DNA from: an uncultured Bacteroides sp.
Lineage (GTDB): Bacteria > Bacteroidota > Bacteroidia > Bacteroidales > GCA-2748055
Length of the DNA: 64,000 nt
NCBI GenBank assembly: GCA_964579515.1
Contig: CAZOHA010000009.1
Span: 41-64,040 of the forward strand
Direction: 5' to 3'
Below the pieces are notes generated by a model. That model saw only the letters and a program-made list of their open reading frames with translations, had not been told where the DNA came from and made no database searches. A program made the position numbers and the translations under genes. Of the stretch, positions 8,868 to 15,798 are shown piece by piece; positions within the stretch are counted from its first letter, which is position 1, and the number at the start of each line of letters is the position of its first letter.

Positions 8868-9575
8868 CTAAAGTTCCAGGAACTCCTTCCGGAAACGCTC
8901 CCAAACTTTTCCGTCGAGCTCCGAGAGGGGGAACTCCACAAGCTCACCGCCCTCCTGAAGCACCAGCCCGCGGGAATCTTCCTGCCTCTGGCTCAGAGCA
9001 CCGGAAAGGAAATCCTTGAACCTCACCAGTTCCGATCTGATCCATTCCCTGGCTTCGGTCGCCAGAAAGTACGGCCCGGTCTCCTCTTTCCAGTTCTCCG
9101 GCTCGATCCTGTAAAGCCAGGATCCGTAGGGATCCTCGAACATGGGAGTGCTGTCCTCTTCCAGCGAATGACGGCTCTGCACCACCCGGCCGGAAATGGG
9201 AGATCCGATTTCCAGCTCTTTCCCATCCTGAATGACTCGTGCCAGGATCTCTCCCTTTTTCACAATCGAGCCATCCGCAAGGACCAGTTCCACCCTGACC
9301 CGGCCGGTCAGATGAAGCAGAAGATCATCCAGTCCCACATTGGCCTTACCGGAGCGGGTCAGGTATGCCCAGGTATGATTCCGGCTCAGGAAGACCCCGG
9401 CCGGTATCCGGAGCCTGGCCGGAGAAAGGGCGCCGGACCTCTGCCAGCCGGTCTTCACCTGGACCGGTTTATTAAGGTAGATCCAGAGGGGAATGAGTAG
9501 TACCAGGAAACCGATCACAATCAGGTATTCGATGCCCTTGGTGTCGAAAATGTCCGTATAAACAAATGGTTCCAT
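8868..9575 (-). CDS. Membrane-anchored GcvH-like (glycine-cleavage H / lipoyl-domain fold) protein with a conserved C-terminal extension
   Basis: 235-aa ORF with an N-terminal TM (YLIVIGFLVLLIPLWIYL). GcvH hallmarks are HTWA, VGLDD, SPISGRV and DPYGSWLYRI. Its roughly 190-aa cytoplasmic module is paralogous to the C-terminus of the 11718..13409 product. Confidence 0.75.
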   Translation of the reverse strand: MEPFVYTDIFDTKGIEYLIVIGFLVLLIPLWIYLNKPVQVKTGWQRSGALSPARLRIPAGVFLSRNHTWAYLTRSGKANVGLDDLLLHLTGRVRVELVLADGSIVKKGEILARVIQDGKELEIGSPISGRVVQSRHSLEEDSTPMFEDPYGSWLYRIEPENWKEETGPYFLATEAREWIRSELVRFKDFLSGALSQRQEDSRGLVLQEGGELVEFPLSELDGKVWERFRKEFLEL

Positions 9576-9595
9576 GAGAATGCGATTTATTTGGT

Positions 9596-10825
9596 TCAGT
9601 GATTATCTTTTGCCCACTCGGGGGGATCGCGCAATACAGGCATCCGGCGAACGATCCACCGGAAAATCCATATCTCGACACAGAGTATCGTCAGTGTGAC
9701 CACGATCTCCATCCAGGAAGGAACATAGGGTGTGGCGGCATCCCATTTGAAACCGATGACCGTCACATTGAGCCGGTTCATGATCACTCCGAGCATGGTC
9801 CAGAGAGCGGAGAACTTTATCAGCCGGATATTCATCGTCCGGTAGCTGATAAAAAACAGGATCATCGGCAAAAGGACGAACCCGAGCATCTCCAGCAGGT
9901 ACCATGCACCCATCCTGGTCTGCAGCAGGTTCCAGTTCTTCCCGTGAGCCAGCACCACCACCTGCAGGGCGAAATATACCAGCATGGTCATGGCGCAGAT
10001 CCTGGAAAGGCCGTGGAGGATCCCGTTATGGGCGTGATGGTCCTTCTCGCTGATCTGGTCGAAGAAGACCCTGCGGCTGATAGAACCCTCAAAAATCACC
10101 ATGGAGAGTCCTGCAAAAATGCTGGAGACAAAGAACAGGATGGGAATGAACTCCGAATACCAGAGAGGATGGATCTTATCCCTGGCCATCAGGTAAAGGG
10201 CGCCCAGTCCCGACTGGTGCAGGGTCGACAGGGTGATCCCGAAGATGACCGCCGCAAGGGTCATTCCCGACAGGATCCTGCGGGCCCGTTTCGCCCCGAT
10301 CCATTCCGCAATGGCCGGGGAGAACTCGATCAGCTGCGCAACCATATACAGGAGAAAATGCCAGGCCACCAGAAAGAGGACCGAACTGACCCCAAAACTG
10401 TTACCGATGATGGGATTGATGACATTCCAGGGCTTTCCCAGGTCAAGCAACAGGGCCCCGGCATAAAACACGTAGGCCAGGAAACCGTTCAGCACGGTGA
10501 CCCGCACAATGGGACGGTACTTCTCCATATTGAGGATATATACCAGGAAGGTCACCACATAGGCTCCCCCTGCGAATGCCACCCCGGTCACCACGTCAAA
10601 TCCGATCCAGAGACCCCACGGAACTTCCTGGGTTAAATTGGTGATGGAACCGATCCCTTTGGCAAAGCGGATCACGATCAGTACGATGCCGGTCATGATA
10701 ATGGGAACCGAAATCATATTAAAGGGAGTGAACACCCTTCCCCTGGGTCTGAAAGCTTCCGCAAGGAATTTTCCGACGGGTCTCCCGTCATTGTCGCGGG
10801 AAATGGTATGGTCTGTGCTATTCAT
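9596..10825 (-). CDS. NrfD/PsrC/HybB-family polytopic membrane protein (quinone-interacting subunit)
   Basis: ORF 9596..10912 trimmed to ATG 10825 (MNSTDHTISRDNDGRP), which overlaps the upstream FeS gene stop by 8 nt. It has about 10 predicted TM helices. The sequence character and its position directly after an NrfC-like gene are typical of the NrfD family. Confidence 0.75.
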   Translation of the reverse strand: MNSTDHTISRDNDGRPVGKFLAEAFRPRGRVFTPFNMISVPIIMTGIVLIVIRFAKGIGSITNLTQEVPWGLWIGFDVVTGVAFAGGAYVVTFLVYILNMEKYRPIVRVTVLNGFLAYVFYAGALLLDLGKPWNVINPIIGNSFGVSSVLFLVAWHFLLYMVAQLIEFSPAIAEWIGAKRARRILSGMTLAAVIFGITLSTLHQSGLGALYLMARDKIHPLWYSEFIPILFFVSSIFAGLSMVIFEGSISRRVFFDQISEKDHHAHNGILHGLSRICAMTMLVYFALQVVVLAHGKNWNLLQTRMGAWYLLEMLGFVLLPMILFFISYRTMNIRLIKFSALWTMLGVIMNRLNVTVIGFKWDAATPYVPSWMEIVVTLTILCVEIWIFRWIVRRMPVLRDPPEWAKDNH

Positions 10826-11690
10826 GATCTTCCTCCTTTTTGGTATTCTTTTTTGTGGCATTGTGGATCCCCAGCAGCATGGCCGGCCACAGAATAAAAA
10901 TGGAAGGTACACTGTAGAGGAACCCTTTGGTCAGCTCGGGGTAGGAACTCTTCTGGATCTTTGTATTGAAAGCGAGCTCCTCGAATGGAACGGGCGAGAT
11001 ATACAAAAATCCGGTACCTCCGGCCTCATGCTCCCCGTAAATATGATCGTGGTACCAGTCAGGCATGTCATGGATCCGCTGCCTGGCTTCGGCGATCATC
11101 TCCCTGCGTGTTCCGAAGGTGAGTGCCCCGGCGGGACAATTCTCCACACAGGCAGGGATCTGGCCCTGTTGCAGCCGTTCGAAGCACATGTCGCATTTGG
11201 AGATCTTCGGATTCGGGCTGTGGTATTCGAACTTGGGAACATCGAAAGGACAGGACACCATGCAATACCTGCATCCCATGCATTTATCCTCACTCCATAC
11301 CACCGGTCCGCCGGGGGTCTTATGCATGGCCCTGGTCAGACATGCGGAAGCACAGGCAGGCTGGTTGCAATGCATGCACTGGTTTTTCACATAAACCTCC
11401 CCCTGAGAGGTTTCATAGGCATTGATAACGGAACGCCGGTTCTCATTGGCTTTTCGGGATACACCCGGAACGGGCAGATCGTTCTTCAGATCGGGCTCGG
11501 GAAGGCCGTGCTCTTCGGCACATACCAGCTCACAGGTCTGGCATCCGCCACACATATTGGCATCGAAAAGAACAGCCATCATCTCACCATCCTCTTTTTC
11601 CGGCCGGGCAGCACCCAGTTCCTTTCCTGTTCCCAGGGCCACACCTGTCAAACCGAGCGCCCTGAAAAAATTTCTTCTGTTGATTGCCAT
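10818..11690 (-). CDS. Tat-exported 4x[4Fe-4S] ferredoxin-type subunit (NrfC/PsrB/HybA family)
   Basis: 290-aa ORF with the twin-arginine signal MAINRRNFFRALGLTGVALG. Four cluster motifs are present: CGGCQTCELVC, CMHCNQPACASAC, CMGCRYCMVSCP and CDMC...CVENCP. Confidence 0.88.
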   Translation of the reverse strand: MAINRRNFFRALGLTGVALGTGKELGAARPEKEDGEMMAVLFDANMCGGCQTCELVCAEEHGLPEPDLKNDLPVPGVSRKANENRRSVINAYETSQGEVYVKNQCMHCNQPACASACLTRAMHKTPGGPVVWSEDKCMGCRYCMVSCPFDVPKFEYHSPNPKISKCDMCFERLQQGQIPACVENCPAGALTFGTRREMIAEARQRIHDMPDWYHDHIYGEHEAGGTGFLYISPVPFEELAFNTKIQKSSYPELTKGFLYSVPSIFILWPAMLLGIHNATKKNTKKEEDHE

Positions 11691-11717
11691 GTTATTGAAT
11701 GTTTTTTGAGTAGTTGA

Positions 11718-13409
11718 TTAAGATCTGTTGAGAAATTTAAGCTGGAACTCTTCCCACTCGACCGGACCGAAATCCTCCAGAGCGGCGCTTTTGATCTCCC
11801 CGCCATCCTGGAGAACGACAGAGGGATCCTTTTTGTCCCTGCAACAACTCACCAGGAAATCCCTCAATCTGGAAATCTCACTCTTCAGCCAGTTGCGGTA
11901 CTTTTCACCCAGCAGAAAGTACTTCAGCTCTTCCATCCAGTTAAATGGCTGGACCAGGTACACCCATCCGCCGGCATATGGTTCCCGGTTCAGCATGCCG
12001 GCATCCTTTAACAGCACCGCATTGTACTCCTCCACTATGCCCGACACGGGCGATTTGATCTCGACCTGCTTTCCGTCCTGAACCAGTTTCACCAGGGATT
12101 CCCCCCTGCGGACCGTTTCACCCGGTTCTTTCATGATCACACGGGTAAGCCGGCCGGTGACATGCTGGATAAAATCATCCACACCGATCCGCACCCGGCC
12201 GTCCTTCTCCATGAAGGTCCAGGTGTGGGAGCGGTCGTAAAAAAGACCTTCGGGATGCGTGAGCCTGTCATGGGCAAATACCGGCTTATCGGACAGATCT
12301 GATTCATACATGCCACCCTTCCTCTTTCTGCCCCTGAAGGAGATCAGTACCGCCAGAGCGGAGATCAAAAGAATCCCGAGCAGGATGATCAGGATGATTT
12401 TCGTCACCGGTGCCACCAGTGGAACCACCCGGGCGGTTTCCTCTTCCTCCCCGGCCGCGAGCTGCTCCATACCCCGGTTTCTCTCCGCATACTCAATTCC
12501 CAGGAATCCCAGTGAAGCCAGATTCTCCTGTCCACCCGACAGCATCCAGCTTGCGAAGACCCTGCCATCCTCAGTGGCCGGAGGCTGTTCCGCCACCATA
12601 TATATTCTGTTATAGAGGGCATCGGGATATCTTCCCACGTAGATCCCGTGAGAAAGGTCGCTGCAGCACCGGAATATGTCCTCGAAGTGATCGATCTGCC
12701 CGTTTCCGTCAAGATCGATCGGCACCAGGCTGATCCCCGACTCCATGCCGGATTCGTGCCGCTTCATCAAAGCAGCCAGTGAGCAAAAACCCATGGCATC
12801 CCTCTCTGAAGCCACACGGTCGAGAAGCCCTTCCGGATCTTCAGGTGCCGTCCCGAGGAGATCCACGGGTTTCACCCCTATAAATTCAGAAAGATAGGTC
12901 CTCCCGCACTGGTTAGCCGGAAGAAAGGCCTCTACCCTGCCTGGATCATCCGTTCCGAGTATGCTCCCCCAGGTTATTTGCTCCCCGCCGGTAAAAATGG
13001 ACCGAAACTCCTGAGGAGTGATCCCTCTGTCCAGAATTTGTTCGCGGTGAGGATTCTGTGCATTGATAAAAGGCACCACCGCATCACGCCCGATCACCAT
13101 CCGGCAGGAGGGTTTGATCCCCTCAAATATCCGGCAGCCCTGATATACCAGTGCAAAGCTCCGCTTATTCAAATTTTCTCCAACCTTATCATCGGGCACG
13201 GCAACCACATGGACCGGGATGCCGGGATGTTCCTTCTGAAAAGCAGAGACCTGACGGATGGCCAGGTTCTCCAGTTCCGGGGTACAGATCAGCTTCAGGT
13301 GTTCTCCCTCCCCGTTTTCATTCAACCCGGACTGGGCGAAGCATGCAGTCATTGCCAGGCATACCAGCGCGACCGAGGTCATCATCTTCTTTGTTGTAGT
13401 TTTCATCAC
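11718..13409 (-). CDS. Fusion protein: exported PstS-like (PBP_like_2) periplasmic binding domain, one TM helix, and a cytoplasmic GcvH-like module
   Basis: 563-aa ORF with signal/lipoprotein-like N-terminus MMKTTTKKMMTSVALVCLAMTAC. The PstS-family motif ITPQEFRSIFTGGEQITWGSILG is present. The TM helix IILIILLGILLISALAVLISF is followed by RGRKRKGG. The GcvH-like part carries HTWTF, IGVDD, SPVSGIV and EPYAGGWVYLVQP. Confidence 0.8.
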   Translation of the reverse strand: MMKTTTKKMMTSVALVCLAMTACFAQSGLNENGEGEHLKLICTPELENLAIRQVSAFQKEHPGIPVHVVAVPDDKVGENLNKRSFALVYQGCRIFEGIKPSCRMVIGRDAVVPFINAQNPHREQILDRGITPQEFRSIFTGGEQITWGSILGTDDPGRVEAFLPANQCGRTYLSEFIGVKPVDLLGTAPEDPEGLLDRVASERDAMGFCSLAALMKRHESGMESGISLVPIDLDGNGQIDHFEDIFRCCSDLSHGIYVGRYPDALYNRIYMVAEQPPATEDGRVFASWMLSGGQENLASLGFLGIEYAERNRGMEQLAAGEEEETARVVPLVAPVTKIILIILLGILLISALAVLISFRGRKRKGGMYESDLSDKPVFAHDRLTHPEGLFYDRSHTWTFMEKDGRVRIGVDDFIQHVTGRLTRVIMKEPGETVRRGESLVKLVQDGKQVEIKSPVSGIVEEYNAVLLKDAGMLNREPYAGGWVYLVQPFNWMEELKYFLLGEKYRNWLKSEISRLRDFLVSCCRDKKDPSVVLQDGGEIKSAALEDFGPVEWEEFQLKFLNRS

Positions 13410-13460
13410 TTCTATGGTTTAATATCAGTTTGAGGGTACCTTTGGACACACCGCTCAGAA

Positions 13461-13476
13461 TTCAAAGATTGTGCCA
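13461..13476 (-). promoter_or_regulatory. Candidate sigma-54 (-24/-12) promoter for the 13409..5261 operon
   Basis: The minus strand reads TGGCACAATCTTTGAA. TGGCAC and the GG-N10 spacing are canonical, but the -12 element is TTGA rather than TTGC. It sits about 52 nt upstream of the ATG at 13409, and a sigma-54 activator is encoded in the operon. Confidence 0.35.
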
Positions 13477-13632
13477 CACACATCTTAAATCCTGGTTCAC
13501 TGATACTTACAATCATTTATCTGGTTTTGGCATTTCCAGAATGTGATGTTTTTTTCAACACTACAATTTGAATAGGGGTGTGAACAGGTTCTTTCTTAGA
13601 GCATTACGCATTATGTCGATTTTTTTAGCATC

Positions 13633-13649
13633 TGTTGTAATTTACAACA
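13633..13649. promoter_or_regulatory. 17-bp palindrome TGTTGTAA-T-TTACAACA in the divergent intergenic region (possible activator or operator site)
   Basis: Perfect 8-bp inverted repeat around a single central base. It lies about 160 bp upstream of the putative -24 element and about 130 bp upstream of ATG 13777. Confidence 0.3.
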
Positions 13650-13706
13650 ATAAACAAGGAAGGTGATTTAGAGCGCAGAATGCCGCCTTCTTTCAAGCTA
13701 TTATGA

Positions 13707-13724
13707 TAAATTTGTATAGTTTTG
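13707..13724 (+). promoter_or_regulatory. Two adjacent TAnnTTTG -7 boxes (TAAATTTG, TAGTTTTG) upstream of the 13777 gene
   Basis: Exact TAnnTTTG matches at 13707..13714 and 13717..13724, which are 53-70 nt upstream of ATG 13777. Confidence 0.4.
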
Positions 13725-13776
13725 GGGCGGATTTAAGAAAACTATCACCAAATACGCCTAAAATAATTACAATCCT

Positions 13777-15732
13777 ATGGTACCGGACATTTTAAAGACA
13801 TTATCGGAGAAGGGAGTGGAACTGCCGGAACAGGTGGCCGGTCTGCTGCGCTCATGCAGAAGCTTCCAGTGTTTCAGTACTACGGCAGAGCTGGTCGATG
13901 CCTCCACGGCGGGTATTGAAAATAAAGAGTTCCGGGTAACCTATCCTCTGCCGGGAGAAAACCGGGAGGTGACCGAAGCGATCGTTCACCGGGTGAGGAA
14001 CGGAATATCGGTCAACTATCCGGAACCCTATATGCGGCGCAGGGATCCCTCCACCATGTCGATCGCCGATGCCACCCCCACCGATAAGAAACTATTCAGC
14101 GATAAATACGGTTACGAGTTCGAGGACCTCAGAAAAGAGACCCTTGACTGGTTAAAAGAGCAGGACCTGGCCATGTTCTTCTATTTCGCCGGTCGGATGG
14201 GGATCGGTTCCCTGGGCCTGGCGATTGTTCCTTCCAACTCCGCCTTTTTCGCCATGGGATTGTCCATGTTGCAGGAGATGGTCGATCCGGTGACCATCGC
14301 CGACGGGACGGAGATTAAATCGGTGATCTTCGTGGCACCGGTGTTCAGACATACCCATTTCGACGGAAAACAGGTAGTGGTCCATAACCGGACAGAACAC
14401 GTGCATGAGCTGTATGCATACAATCTCTATCCCGGTCCCAGTGCCAAAAAAGGATTATACGGGGTTTTGCTGTCCCAGGGTGAAAAAGAACAGTGGATCA
14501 CGGCTCACTGCTCGGCGGTGCAGTCGATCTCTCCTTACGACAATGTGACCACCTTCATGCACGAAGGAGCCAGCGGGGGAGGAAAAAGCGAGATGCATCA
14601 GCACATTATCCGGGAACCGGATGGAAGGGTACTGCTGGGGACCAACACGTTCAGCGGAGAGGAGCGGTTCATTACCATTCCCAGGTTCTGTACCTTCCTC
14701 CCCATCGCCGATGACATGGCCTTCTGCCATCCGTCCCACCAGCGGGAGGACGGTAAACTGAGGATCCTGGATGCTGAGAACGCCTGGTTCGTGCGGGTTG
14801 ACAGCGTAACCGCTTACGGGGACGATCCGTTCCTGGAAAAAGCCACCATCCATCCCGGTAAACCTTTGCTGTTCCTGAATATTGATTCACAGCCCGAATC
14901 CACCGCCCTCATCTGGGAACATATTGAGGATGAACCCGGAAAACCGTGCCCCAATCCCCGGGTCATCCTTCCGCGGGATACGGTTCCCAATGTCATCGAA
15001 AATCCCGTATCGGTCGATATCCGGAGTTTCGGGATCCGGTCACCTCTCTGCTCGGCAGAAGACCCCACCTACGGGATCATCGGGATGTTCCATATTCTGC
15101 CCCCGGCCCTGGCATGGCTCTGGAGGCTGGTAGCCCCCCGCGGCCATAAAAACCCCAGCATCGTCTCCACCGGCCAGATGGAGAGCGAGGGGGTCGGATC
15201 CTACTGGCCCTTTGCCACCGGTAAACGGGTGGTCCATGCCAATCTCCTGCTGAAGCAGATCATCGAGACACCCAGGACCACCTTCACCCTGGTTCCCAAC
15301 CAGCATATCGGGGTATGGAAGGTGGGCTTCAAGCCTCAGTTGCTGATGCGTGAATACCTCACCCGCAGGGGGGTGGCCAGGTTACGGAGCGACCAGTATC
15401 AGCCGGCACGCTGTCCGTTGCTGGGGTATGAACTGAATTACCTGACCCTGGAAGGCTCCAAGATCCCCTCCCGGTTCCTCAAGGTCTACAATCAGACCGA
15501 AGTTGGGGTGGAAGGATATGATGCCGGCGCCGCCCAGCTGAGGGAATTCTTTCACAGTCAGCTTCATCAGTTCCTCCAGGAGGATCTGTTGCAGACGGGC
15601 CGGAGAATTATCGAGGCATGCCTTTCCAATGCCAGTGTCGAGGAGTACAACGAAATCGTGCCCATGACTTACCAGTACAGGTTCACCAACATGGAATCGT
15701 ACGAACAGACCTCCCTCTTCAACGGGCAGTGA
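13777..15732 (+). CDS. Conserved hypothetical protein with an HprK/PEPCK-like P-loop (possibly the DUF4914 family)
   Basis: 651-aa ORF with no signal peptide. It contains HEGASGGGKSEM, which resembles the GxSGxGKSE P-loop of HPr kinase/PEPCK-fold enzymes. The DUF4914 family name is from memory and is unverified. Confidence 0.7.
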   Translation: MVPDILKTLSEKGVELPEQVAGLLRSCRSFQCFSTTAELVDASTAGIENKEFRVTYPLPGENREVTEAIVHRVRNGISVNYPEPYMRRRDPSTMSIADATPTDKKLFSDKYGYEFEDLRKETLDWLKEQDLAMFFYFAGRMGIGSLGLAIVPSNSAFFAMGLSMLQEMVDPVTIADGTEIKSVIFVAPVFRHTHFDGKQVVVHNRTEHVHELYAYNLYPGPSAKKGLYGVLLSQGEKEQWITAHCSAVQSISPYDNVTTFMHEGASGGGKSEMHQHIIREPDGRVLLGTNTFSGEERFITIPRFCTFLPIADDMAFCHPSHQREDGKLRILDAENAWFVRVDSVTAYGDDPFLEKATIHPGKPLLFLNIDSQPESTALIWEHIEDEPGKPCPNPRVILPRDTVPNVIENPVSVDIRSFGIRSPLCSAEDPTYGIIGMFHILPPALAWLWRLVAPRGHKNPSIVSTGQMESEGVGSYWPFATGKRVVHANLLLKQIIETPRTTFTLVPNQHIGVWKVGFKPQLLMREYLTRRGVARLRSDQYQPARCPLLGYELNYLTLEGSKIPSRFLKVYNQTEVGVEGYDAGAAQLREFFHSQLHQFLQEDLLQTGRRIIEACLSNASVEEYNEIVPMTYQYRFTNMESYEQTSLFNGQ

Positions 15733-15798
15733 CCCCTCCGGGGGATTTTACTTTCTGGCATATTTGAGGTATTTTGTCTTCTCATTCACACCGGGATC

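Noticed and set aside
9599-11717. Two long plus-strand ORFs (345 and 359 aa) opposite the NrfD-like and FeS genes
   Set aside because: They are antisense to genes with clear Tat, FeS-cluster and TM-helix signatures. Their translations are His/Pro/Gly/Arg-rich without motifs, so they are shadow ORFs.
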